64,000 nucleotides of DNA from the NCBI GenBank assembly GCA_964016885.1, contig CAXHJY010000264.1:558001-622000 (forward strand), read 5' to 3'. Below the pieces are notes generated by a model. It was not told the origin of the DNA. It saw only the letters and a program-made list of their open reading frames with translations, and made no database searches. The stretch's first letter is position 1. The number at the start of each line of letters is the position of its first letter. A program made the translations under genes and the position numbers. This DNA is from Eledone cirrhosa (taxonomy: Eukaryota). This document shows positions 52,701 through 63,996 of this stretch, piece after piece.

Positions 52701-54162
52701 CCAGGTCCGACAGGGTATCACACTAGATAACCAGGTCAGACTGGGTGTCACACTAGGTGACCAGGTCAGACAGGGTGTCACACTAGGTACCAGGTCAAAC
52801 TGGCTGTCACACTAGGTGACCAGGTCAGACAGTGTCATACTAGATGACCAGGTCAGACAGGGTCTCACACTAGGTGACCAGGTCAGACTGGGGTGTCACT
52901 AGGTGACCAGGTCAGACAGGGTGTCACACTAGGTACCAGGTCAGACTAGGTGCCACTAGGTGACCAGGTCAGACTGGGTGTCACAGTAGCTGACTAGGTT
53001 AGACTGGTTGTCACACTAGGTGACCAGGTCAGACTGGCTGTCACACTAGGTGACCAGGTCAGATAGTGTCACATGAGGTGACCAGGCCAGACAGTGTCAA
53101 ACTAGGTGACCAGGTCAGACTGGATGTCACACTAGGTGAGGAGGTCAGACAGTGTTACATTACGTGACCAGGTCTGACAGGGTGTCACACTAGGTGACCA
53201 GGTTAGACTGCGTGTCACTAGCTGACCAATCCGACAGAGCATGACACTAGGTGACCAGGTCAGACTGGGTGTCATAATAGGCGACCAGGTCAGACTAGGT
53301 GTCACACTAGGTGACCAAGTCAGACAGTGTCACACTAGGTGACCAGGGCAGACAGTGTCACACAAGGTACCAGGTCAGACTGCGTGTCACACTATGTGAC
53401 CAGGTCAGACGGGGTGTCACACTAGGGGACCAAGTCAGATGGGGTGTCACACTAGGGGACCAGGTCAGACGGTGTCACTGTGTGACCAGGTCAGCCTGGG
53501 TGTCGCACTAGGCGGCCAGATCAGACTGGGTGCCACACTAGGCGACCAGGTCAGACTGGGTGTCACACTAGGTGAGGAGGTCAGACTGGGTGTCACACTA
53601 GGTGACCAGGTCAGACAGTGTCACACTAGGTGGCCAGGTCAGACAGTGTCACAGTAGGTGACCATGTCAGACAGGATGTCAAAGTAGGTGACCAGGTCGG
53701 ACAGGGTCACACTAGGTGGCCAGGTCAGACAGTGTCACAGTAGGTGACCAGGTCAGACAGCATGTCAAAGTAGGTGACCAGGTCGGACAGGGTCACACTG
53801 GGTGACCAGGTCAGACAGTGTCACACTGTGATCAGGTCAGACTGGGCGCCACACTAGGTGACCAGGTGAGACAGGGTGTCACACTAGGTGACCAGGTGAG
53901 ACAGAGTGTCAAACTAGGTGACCAGTTCAGACAGAGTGTCACACTAGGTGACAAGGTCAGACAGTGTGACACTAGGTGACCAGGTCAGACAGGGTGTGAC
54001 ACTAGGTGACCAGGTCTGACTGGGTGTCACAATTAGTAACCCGGCCAGATATTTTCTCCATACCCTCCTGATCAGACGGTGTTACACTAGGTGACCAGGT
54101 GGTAACTAGGCCATATACTTCTCTTTCCATACCCTCCTGGGTCAGACAGGGTGTCACACTAG
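43728..54162. repeat. 30-bp minisatellite/satellite array (~10.4 kb, roughly 350 units)
   Basis: Unit GGTCAGAC(A/T)GGGTGTCACACTAGGTGACCA, with frequent 27-28-bp deletion variants; perfect copies at 43731-43860. Confidence 0.99.
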
Positions 54163-54298
54163 ATCTAATTCATATATTCCATTTTTGGGGGTATGATCTC
54201 ACTAGCCAGCATCCATGTGGGTATGGGTTGGATTAGAGTAGGAGAGGAGATGAATGAGGCAGTGGAAAAGGAACAGCCTTTCCATGCAGGAAGGAGCT

Positions 54299-54500
54299 GG
54301 ACTGGGGTTCTTATTAAAACATCCAAGAAACCTCCCATATGACACAACCTTGTAGGAGGTCAGCTGAAACTACATAGGTGTGAAATGGAACAACATGTAG
54401 AATGTTGTTAGGACTGGGCTCACTATCATTAAAACATCTGAGAAACTTTCTCTAAGACACAAACTTGTAGGAGGCAGCTAAACCTCCAAAGGTGTTAGCT
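54299..54500 (+). repeat. old ~110-bp tandem repeat (2 units here, 2 more at 55388-55580)
   Basis: GGACTGG...ATTAAAACATC..AGAAAC.TC...ACA.A.CTTGTAGGAGG.CAGCT.AA...ATAGGTGT at 54299, 54411, 55388 and ~55500. Confidence 0.7.
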
Positions 54501-54511
54501 GTAGCTGTGAC

Positions 54512-54707
54512 AATAATAATTGTTTCTACTTTTGGCACAAGGCCAGCAATTATCCCAGTACATTACTGGTACTTTATTTTATCGACCCCGTAATGGTGAA
54601 AGGCAAAGTTAATCTCAGCGGGATTTGAACTCAGATTATAAAGGGAGGTAACTCTATGCTTCAAAGCATGGCACCCGACCCTCTACCGATACTGCCAATC
54701 CACCGCC
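54512..54707 (-). mobile_element. tRNA-derived SINE (family A)
   Basis: Close reverse-complement match to 39448-39638, flanked on both sides by AATAATAAT. Confidence 0.9.
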
Positions 54708-54811
54708 TAATAATAATATTTACTCGCCAGATCTGCCCAGACCACAGCAGCACTTACAAAACTTAAGACCACCTGGAATGAGAAGGACATAGAATGAAGG
54801 ACACACAATGA

Positions 54812-55112
54812 AGGCGCGTGGCTTAGTGGTTAGAGCATTGGCCTTGCAATCGAAAGGTTGTGAGTTCAATTCTCAGACCGGGCGATGTGTTGTTTCCTTG
54901 AGCAAGACACTTTATTTCACATTGCTCCAGTTTACTCAGCTGTAGAAATGAGATGATAGGGACATCGAGGTGCCACGGCCAAAAAGCACCCAGCCCACAC
55001 TGTAAAGTGGACGTGTAGGAAGGTGTTAGGAAGGGCATCCAGCTGTAGAAATCAAGCCAGAATCAGTTCCCGTCCCACCCTTGCAAGCAGGGAAAAAGCG
55101 GACGTAAAATGA
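54812..55112 (+). mobile_element. tRNA-derived SINE with RTE-type tail (family B)
   Basis: A box TGGCTTAGTGG, B box GAGTTCAATTC, CCTTGAGCAAGACACTT core, GGTGTTAGGAAGGGCATCCAGC and terminal GGACGTAAAATGA. Confidence 0.88.
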
Positions 55113-55199
55113 AATATATATATATATATAAAATAATAAAATAAAATAAAAATATATATATATATATATATATATTTTTATTTTATTTTATTATTTTAT

Positions 55200-55372
55200 C
55201 ATAGACCTCAGCTCAAAGATCAGACAAGATCTTCAGGAAGAGAGGCAGAAAAAGAGATGGGAGGACAACATCCTGGAATGGGCAGGCATGAGGCGAGAGG
55301 AATGGAAGGAGCTGGTTACCAGGTCGTCTGTGGCGCCCCAACAGCACACCAGACTACGGGACAGATAAGAAG
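55200..55372 (+). mobile_element. LINE extreme 3' ORF remnant
   Basis: RQKKRWEDNILEWAGM, then REEWKELVTRSSVAPQQ..RLRDR* followed by a short tail. Confidence 0.6.
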
Positions 55373-55874
55373 GTAAGAGTGTTGATAGGACTGGCGTCCT
55401 TATCATTAAAACAACCGATAAATCTCATGAGATCAAACCTTGTAGGAAGCCAGCTAAACGTACATAGGTGTAGGTTGTAACAACACGAACAACATGAAAG
55501 GATGGAGTTCCTAACATTCAAGAAACCTCCTATGAAATACAACCCACGGGAAACCAGCTAAACCTACATAGGTGTGGGCTGTAACAGCAATATGTAGGCA
55601 TTTTTATTCACTTTTAATGAAAATTGTATTGTTTTTAAAAATCAATTCCATACAAAAAATGTAATGGTAATGATATGTTGATAAATACATTATTGATTGG
55701 TTTGAGCAAATATTAATTTTTAGTATTTCTACAGTTGGTGACTGCTGCACTGAGAGAAGACTTTTTACATATTGATTTAGTAATAGTACAACCTATAGCT
55801 TGTAATATACAATTACTACAAATGTGTTCTATTGAAATAGTCTTAAACAGTACTTTTGATATAAGTAAGAAAAT

Positions 55875-56234
55875 TGTAGTATTTGTAGTAGTGGTAGTAG
55901 GAGTGGTGGTGGTACTTTTAGTAGCAGCAGTGGTAGTAGTAGTAGTAGTGGTGGTGGTGGTAGTAGTAGTGGGAGTGGTGGTGGTAGTAGTAGTAGTAGT
56001 TGTGGTGGTGGTAGTACTAGTGGTGGTGAAAGTAGTAGTGGTGATGGTAGTAGTAGTAGTACTAGTAGCAGGAGTAGTAATAGTATTAGTAGTGGTGGTG
56101 ATAGTAGTAGTGGTGGTAGTAATAGCTGTGGTGGTAATGGTAGTAGTAGTGGTGGTAGTAGTAGTAGTTGTGGTGGTGAAAGTAGTAGTAGTAGTAGTGG
56201 TGGCAGTAGTAGTAGTGGCAGGAGCAGCAGTAGT
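55875..56234 (+). repeat. compound (GTA)n/(GTG)n trinucleotide microsatellite
   Basis: Direct inspection; it produces the poly-Val, poly-Leu/Pro and poly-His/Tyr pseudo-ORFs. Confidence 0.97.
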
Positions 56235-56971
56235 TTAGAGGCAGAATTACCATCACTGAAAGACATTCATGACAATTGTGAGAAATTTGCAAGAAACATT
56301 TTCTTTGGCCTGAGCAATTCTTTGCAGAAGTTCAGCATGTCTTAGCAATAGTCAACCATTCCTCTCTCTCAACTGTGAGACATGTAGTTCTACTGTAGTT
56401 CTATAGTCACTACACCATCTCTACGTATCTCATCTGTTGGACATATGTTTCTTCTTTCAGGTCAGAGAGCACATCATCAGAGTATTCCCTGTCATCATCA
56501 TTAACTATGTCAGCTATGGTGTACCAGTGTTGGAATTTCTCTGTCACTCTTCTCTCCTAAATGTCAATGACCCACTTGTCATCTCCTCTAACTATGCAGT
56601 CCCCTACAGAGGTAATATTAGAGATGGCAAATCCTCAACATGGACAAATGGTCTTTTCTCTCCTATATTGTGAAATTTTGCTCATCTATAACTTTACATA
56701 GGGTACTAAGTGTATTATTGTGAAACACCAACACTAGACAGGTTATTTCATTCACAAATCCAGGGCCTTCTTACTACTGTTGGAGTAACTCGTCTACAAC
56801 AATTTTAGATTAAAAAATGACCTCTCCATTCCACAGTTTTTGCACTGCTAATCTTTTCTAAGCAAGTTACTTCTCAAAGTGTCATCTTCATGATGTTCAA
56901 TTTTATCAAGTCATTCTTGTGTCTTTGTTGGTCTCTCTCTTCAACAGGTTCTACAATTTTCAAACACTAGG

Positions 56972-57289
56972 ACATCATCATGATCATTTTACGTCCACTT
57001 TTCCCTGCTTGCAAGGGTGGGATGGGAACTGATTCTGGCTTGATTTCTACAGCTGGATGCCCTTCCTAACACCAACCTCATTTACAGTGAGTGCTGGGTG
57101 CTTTTTTGCCATGGCACCTCCACGACCACTTTACAGTGGAATGATATAGACCCCAGTCCCTATCATCTCATTTCTACAGCTGAGTAAACTGGAGCAATGT
57201 GAAATAAAGTGTCTTGCTCAAGGAAACAACACATCACCCGGTCTCAGAATTGAACTCACAACCTTTCGATTGCAAGGACATGTGCCTCC
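56972..57289 (-). mobile_element. tRNA-derived SINE with RTE-type tail (family B)
   Basis: Reverse complement of 54812-55112 with a small deletion in the head and a (CAT)n tail at 56972. Confidence 0.85.
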
Positions 57290-57339
57290 ATTTATTATAT
57301 AATATTCCCTTTACTCTAAGATAGAAGTGCTTTGTAACC

Positions 57340-57503
57340 AGCAGAAGTAACAACTCTTTGAACTTCTTCCAGCCCATTCTAACACTGACAATAACACAGA
57401 ATGAGGTGGAATAAGTTCATGGAGCACATATCTTTGCTGACAACAAAGGGTTTCCTCTCTCAGAGCGAAGGGCAGATTATATGATGCTTGTGTTTGAACT
57501 GTT
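57340..57503 (+). mobile_element. RTE RT fragment
   Basis: WNKFMEHISLLTTKG...KGRLYDACV. Confidence 0.6.
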
Positions 57504-57639
57504 ATCATCATCATCATCATTTAACGTCGACTTTCCCTGCTAGCAAGGGTTGGATGGGTCTACATGGACCAAGTCAATACTGAAGTGGGGCTACTGACAT
57601 CCCAGACAAGCCAAGGAGGTCTGTATCGTGCATAACTAC

Positions 57640-58085
57640 AATTATTATGTAGAGATGAAGTTGTGTCTTTTGACACAAACTGAAAGATCCTCCTAAGCCC
57701 TTACCAACCCCTTTACAGAATGTACTGGGTGTTTTTATTGTGTAGATCATCAGCACTAGAGAAGGAGTCATGTTCTTAACATAACTAAAGGATCCTCCCA
57801 ACCTTCTGTTTCACAAGCTTTCTACGGTTGGATGCTGTTCCTATCACCAACAAGTTTACAGTGTGTGCTGGGTGTGTTTATCTTGTAGATCACCAACACT
57901 AGAGAGGTTGTTTTGTCTTTGACACAGCTAAATGGTCCTCTCAGCCTTTTTAGACATGGTTTCTACAGTGAGGTGCTCTTCCTGTCGTAAACCACCCATA
58001 TGGAGTGTACTGAGTGCATTTTCATGACATCATCACTAGAGAGGTTGTTGGTCATAGACACAACTGTAAAGCCCTCCCAACTCTG
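57640..58085 (-). repeat. degenerate ~100-140-bp tandem repeats of RTE 5'-region sequence
   Basis: CACTAGAGA(G/A)G at 57754, 57897 and 58034, with GGTTGGATGCTGTTCCTATCACCAAC (reverse of the RTE 5' motif). Confidence 0.55.
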
Positions 58086-59973
58086 AGTAGAGGGCAATAG
58101 GGGAGATAAGTATTAAGTTATAGGTGTTTGTGAGAATGGGTAGGGGTGGCTGATTTGTGTATGGGGGCATAGTGGTGAAAGGAATGTGGTCAATATGGTG
58201 GGGGTTGGGGTGTAATGGAAAGATAGGTAGGTGGTAAGGCATATATGTACATAATGTTTACTTGGCCTAAATAAGCAGCTATAGAAATTCAATAGACATC
58301 AATATTCAACATCTGGAAAGTCCTTCAAGGTACAAGTCTGAGGAATGTTTTCTTTTTAAAAAAGACCAGCAGTTGTCCATTTGTACAAATCTATCCTTTC
58401 TATGCCACCAATGTTGCCCAAGGAAAAGGCAAGGGTGGAATACTTAGATACCAGTGTTGTCATAGGTTATTCCATTAGAATGCATAGGGGCACTTGCAGG
58501 AGCCAAAACAACTTTTCTGGTGCTGGTGTCACAAAATTTACCAAGTACACTCTGCAATGTTTCTGAACATTAGGTAGAGAGAACTTTTTAGGCTAGCTAA
58601 GGACATAATATCTTCTCTAGTGCTAATGTCCCAGTACATAGAATGTACTCAATACATTGTGTTTGGTGTTTGGAAGAGCATTGAACTGTAGAAACTAAAT
58701 CCAAAATTAGAACAACCAAGCAAGATGCAATCCTCCTAAAATATCTTGAGCAGTAACTCCTAATAAGAACCCATCCCTGTAGGGGGAGTAGATACATATA
58801 TATATATATATATAAATACACACACATTTGTAAAGTTAAGGACATCCAGCCAAAGAAACCATGCTAAACAAAGGGATGTGAGGACTTTTCAGTTGTGTCA
58901 AGTTTCAGTACACTCTGTAAAGTGGTTGGTGATAGGAAGGGAATCCAGCTATAGAAACTTTGCCAAATAAAGAGTTATATAAATGATATAACAACTTCCT
59001 TCGTGTCAGTGCCAGGGTAAAATACACCTAGTACACTCTGTAAAGTTATTGGTGGTAGGAAGACCATACGAGAATTGGAACGTATGTGAGATGTGAACCC
59101 TGGCTCATCTATAAAGACAGGAGATCCTATTAAGTAATGACTTGGTTTGTGAAAACCTGTCCAAACTACGCCAGTATCAAAACACACACACACACATATA
59201 TATAATATATATATATATTAGGGTAAACATTGATGCAATTCAATTCAAGCACTCAACGTACTTTTTCCACATAGGAGTGACGGAGTAAATATCGAATAAA
59301 TAAAAGCGAAGTAGTTTCAGATGTTCAAGTCCTTTAATAATAATGCTGTGATAAGAGTGAATAATAATGCTGTGATAAGAGTTGAAAAATTTTTTGAATT
59401 TAGAATTTTTGAATTCTTTATTGTTTAATTTATAATCTCTGATATTTGATTTAGGATTTTAACCTTTAATTTTAATTTTTATTCCCAACTCTCACTCTTA
59501 ACTTACTATGTAAAACCATAGTACCTAGAATTAAGTTTATTTTACCTTATGAGTTGATGGTCAGTCTTACTGTCAACGCTTAGTGAAAGGTAGTATTATG
59601 ACCTATAAAAACTAACACCCTCCCATCCCCTCTGGCTTTCGGCTGACTGCCACAGTAGCGATGGTAGCAGTAAGCTTTGGCAAGGCATAGGTGGGCCACT
59701 GACAGCGAATTTCGTTGAAATCTGCGGTGCTAATGGTCAACTTCCTTCAGACATGCGCTTGCGCAGACCGGTGGGGGTGAATTGGTACTCACAAGGGAAC
59801 GGATGAAAAACCCAAAAGCACGAACTTCATCCGTTCCCATGTTGATTCAATTTGGATTGCCTCGGAAACAACCTTATTATGTAACAAGCTGTCTGATGAT
59901 GTCACGACACTCGCACACAGAACAGTGTGGCCAGTGTCGTCATTGAAATATATATCACAGCATTATTATTATT

Positions 59974-60163
59974 GTGGATTGGCAGTATCGATAGAGGGTC
60001 GGACGCCATGCTTTCCAGCATAGTTACGTCCCTTTACGATCTGAGTTCAAATCCCGCCAAGGTTGACTTTGCCTTTCATCCTTACGGGGTCGATAAAATA
60101 AAGTACCAGTAATGCACTGGGTATTTGCTGGCCTTGTGCCTAAAGTAGAAACAATTATTATTA
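59974..60163 (+). mobile_element. tRNA-derived SINE (family A)
   Basis: GTGGATTGGCAGTATCGATAGAG...CTGAGTTCAAATCCCGCC...AAAGTAGAAACAATTATTA, with ATTATTATT on both flanks. Confidence 0.9.
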
Positions 60164-60200
60164 AAGGACTTGAACATCTGAAACTACTTCGCTTTTCCTT

Positions 60201-60204
<4 letters not shown>

Positions 60205-60263
<59 letters not shown>

Positions 60264-60285
60264 TTATATATATATTATATATATA
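60205..60285. repeat. (TA)n microsatellite at the LINE 3' insertion point
   Basis: Direct inspection. Confidence 0.95.
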
Positions 60286-62625
60286 CTCTTTTACTCTTTT
60301 ACCTGTTTCAGCCATCCGGCTGAGGCCATGCTGGGGCACCGCCCTTGTTGCTACACATTTTATATCCAGCCTGTATAGGTTGGCCGCTGGTGTAAGAGGG
60401 AGTTTGTTGCTGCTGCCCTTAGGTTTCCCTCGTGTCTTGCTGTGGGCTCATCCGGGATCCTGGATAACAAGGTGTCGAGATGTTTCTTAAAGACATCCAC
60501 CTCCACGTCATGCAAGTCTCTCAGATGCCTCGGCAGCCTGTTGAAGAGTTGAGGGCCCTTGAATCCCAGGCTATTGCAATACCTGCTCCTTATTCTAGAT
60601 GTGGAAGACGGGACCTTTGGCACCACACAGTGACGTCCTGTTCGACGGTTGGTCCAGCTCCCAATGCCAAAGTTTGGTGCTAGTCCCTCCAGGATTTTCC
60701 ACATGTAGATCACTGCGTATCTCTCCCGTCTTCGCTCCAAGGAGTAGAGGTTCAGTTCCTTCAGCCTCTCCCAGTAGCTTGTCTCCCTCATCTTGGCAAT
60801 CCTCTTGGTGTAGCTTCGCTGGATTGCCTCAAGCTCCGTGGTTAATTTGACACTATGGGGTGACCACAACTGGGAGCAGTAGTCCAGGCGGCTTAGGACA
60901 AAAGTCCTCCACAGTGTGAACATGGTGTCTCGATCTCTTGTCCGGAAAGTCCTCAAGATGCAGCCAGCGAGCCGTCTGCACGTTGTCGCCACTTTCATGA
61001 TGTGTGAAGAAAAAGATGCATCATCGCTCATGTCTATGCCCGGGTCTCGTATCGATTTTGACACGGGGATATCGGTCCCTCCTGGTCCTGTGTAGCTGTG
61101 TTCCGCTATATTTGTGTTTGTGTTTGCAGGTTTGTATTGTAGGGCTTGGAATTTGCCAGCATTAAACTGCATGTTGTTTTCTTCTGCCCATCTGTATATG
61201 GCATCCAGATCCTGCTGTAAGAGGGCAGCGTCAGCCGGGTTTTTGATTTCCTGTGCTACCTTAGTGTCATCAGCATAGCTAGTGAGGGATGTTGTTGCAT
61301 GCACCACAGAGGGCATGTGCGAGAGAGCCACCAAAAACAGTAGTGGTCCCAGGACTGTCCCCTGGGGCACCCCACTTGTTATCGGTGTTTCCCTCGAGAG
61401 GGCCCCATTTGCTGCGACTGCCTGGCTTCTGTCCCTTAGGAAGCCATGCAGCCACTCACCTACTTTTCCAGTTATGCCGAGTCCGTGTAGTTTGTGACAT
61501 ATCATTCCGTGGTCGACCTTGTCAAAGGCCTTCGCAAAGTCAAGATATATCACGTCCACATGTGAGCTGTCTAGTAGTTGTCTCAGTACCCAGTCGAAGT
61601 GATGTAGCAGCTGTGTAAGGCAGCTTCTTCCTGGGCGGAAGCCATGTTGCGTGCTAGTCAGGCGGTCATTTTCTTCGAGGAAAGTGATTAGTTTCTTTCT
61701 GACGACTCGCTCCATGACCTTACTGATATGCGACGTCAGGGAGACTGGCCTATAGTTCTTGGCCTCCGGGGCATATTGTGCCTTCTTTCTGCTCCCTGGG
61801 TAGTACACCGCTAGCCAAGGAGCTTCTGAAGAGCATCTTCAGTGGAGTTGCTAAGGCCCGCTTACATATTTTTAAGAGAACTGCTGGGAATCCATCAGGT
61901 CCAGCAGTTGAGTCTGTTCTAATTTCATCAATGGCATACACCACATCCTCCTCCGTTATGTCTATGTGGTTGATGGTTGCCATTTCTTGATGTAGTGTTG
62001 TGGCATCAAAGAACTCCTCTGGCTTCGTTATTTGCATGTGCCTCAGTGGACATGTGAAGACACTTTTGTACTGTTCGTTCAGTATTTCACATATCTCTTG
62101 GGGGTTTTCGGTTAATGAACCGTCCGTGTGGAAGAGTGGCCCAATCTTGCAGTGTACTGAGGCAGTTTCTTTTGCAAATTTAAAGAAGACCTTAGGGTTT
62201 GTTTTAATGTTTTCTATGGCCCTGTTCTCTTTCTTTGCCCTCTCATTCTCATGTGAAAGTTTGAGTGCAATCTCGGTGTCAAGTAGTGCACGTTTCAAAT
62301 AGGATTCCTTCTTGTTTTTGTTTTGTTGACTATTCAACTGGTTTGAGAGTTTAGTTCTACGTCTCATAAGGATTTTCCTATCTCTGGGAATAAGATTTTT
62401 GTGTCTGTTTGCCTCTTTCTCCGGGACAAACTTTTTGCACACAGTGTGTATCGTTGTCATGAAGTGTTGAAATTGTGTGTTAGTGTCTTGTGTGGCGGTG
62501 TTTTCACTCCATGTTTGCTTCCGAATTTCACTCTTAATCTTTTTCCAGTTAGCCTTGTAGAAGTTAAGGCTGGAAAGCGTCCCGGAGCTTCTTGGTGGCC
62601 CTGTCTCTGTTGGTTCTCTTGGACC
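60285..62625 (-). mobile_element. 5'-truncated CR1-group non-LTR retrotransposon (LINE); RT region open, one upstream frameshift
   Basis: TAGPDGFPAVLLK, NYRPVSLTS, QHGFRPGRSC, YLDFAKAFDKV, GVPQGTVLGP, YADD and LYSLERRRER motifs. Stop at 60360, frameshift near 61767, short 3' UTR ending in GTAAAAGAGTAAAAGAGT. Confidence 0.95.
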
Positions 62626-63833
62626 ACATATCATATATATACACACGTATATATATATACACACAAACATGTATACATACAGACACACAGAGTTGCATGT
62701 GTATATAAAATACAAACTTAGCAGAACGTGTTTATAATCAGGGCATTGATAATCTATAAATACAATCCAAAGTTGATCTCACTGGTTTGGGGCGGATTGT
62801 TTTCCCACCGTGCCAAGTGTTAGAGAATATATGAATAAATTTGTATAAAAGATAAAATAGCTGGTTTGTCCACGTATTAAAAAAAAATAAAATATTGTTT
62901 TTAGAACTTTTAAAATTAAACTATTTCGAAGATGCTTTTAATATTATAACTGAATATAATAATATTATAACCGAAAATAATTTTATGGTAGAATTTCCTA
63001 ACGAACTGAATAAAAAAAAAATATTACAAATATTACCACCAAAAGATAATATAACTTTAATGAGTTAGGTCAAGTTACGGTAGACAGATATAAGCACCGT
63101 TCATGAATGAATTAGAAGCGTAATCTGTGAAATGAATGAAGTGCCGAGTGTAAACATTTTCAAATTTTTTTCAGCTTTTCCTGTACACATTTTCAAATAT
63201 TTCTCAGTTTCTGCTATTTTATTCTTCACATTTCATTCTTTTCTAAACCAAGGCACCTAATTACAAATATATTACAAAACAGTAGAAACTCCACTTTTAT
63301 ATCTGCATTGTTTTCAAATAGTGTTCTACTATATTCAATTTTAATGACAGTTCCTTTTGACAACTAAGGTAGCATAGGCAAATATATGTGTATTATATAT
63401 ATGTGTGTGTGTGTGTATATATATATTTATATATACAAGGGTGTTTAAAATAACATTGTACTGAAAACATTCAAACATTAACTGAATGAACACTCAATAC
63501 ATGTAAGTTGAGTGTAAAGTTACTTTGCAGAAAAGAAAAGTGTGTTTGAAGTTTCATATATATATATGAAACTTCGAAGACACTTTTCTCGTCTGGGAAG
63601 TGATATATTTGATATATCTCATATGAAATGATACAGCCAATTTTCCACACAATACAATATAGTTAGCACCCCGAACGTTTAATTGGGAATATACTCAGGT
63701 ATTTCCTAATGTTTGTCGAGTGAGTTGGAATTTGGCCGAAGTATCGCTATTAACTTTCTCCGATTATGTGTTTATTTATATATATATATATAGTTTTGCG
63801 AGGTTTTTGATATGAAATCGTGTGTCGAAACAA

Positions 63834-63996
63834 ATATTGTTATACTTGGGGAGGGTCATATTTGTGTAATAATATTGGCAGAATTAATAACAGAACACAC
63901 TCACTGTTTGAAAACCAACCAAACAGTGAGTGTGTTCTGTTATAAATTCTGGCAATATTATTACACAAATATGACCCTCCCCAAGTATAGCAATAT
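63834..63996. mobile_element. hairpin MITE-like foldback element
   Basis: ~77-bp inverted arms (63834-63910 and 63920-63996) with few mismatches, around a 9-nt loop. Confidence 0.8.

Noticed and set aside
43656-53657. GVTLGDQVRL / TPSLTWSPSV repeat proteins (beta-helix- or CTD-like)
   Set aside because: Frequent 28-bp units shift the frame every few repeats, there is no splice or start context, and both strands are open simply because the unit is 30 bp.
54812-54885. tRNA gene (A and B boxes, TGC anticodon-like loop)
   Set aside because: There is no proper acceptor stem, and the sequence continues into a SINE body and tail present in three copies.
55310-55345. Minus-strand RRPG|GTAACC as a possible SRA1 exon 1 end
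   Set aside because: It lies within a plus-strand LINE remnant, the donor is weak, and I saw no suitable start context.
55735-56292. Poly-Val, poly-Leu/Pro and His/Tyr ORFs
   Set aside because: They are translations of a GTA/GTG microsatellite.
58260-58760. Possible very old LINE RT remnant
   Set aside because: It is too decayed for me to assign motifs reliably.
62626-62715. N-terminal part of the 321-aa ORF (MYFIYTCNSVCLYVY...)
   Set aside because: It is read-through into TA/CA microsatellite beyond the LINE's 5' truncation point.
63433-63470. TA-CAAGGGTGTTTAAAA resembling a Tc1/mariner TIR start
   Set aside because: I found no matching opposite TIR and no transposase sequence in the window.
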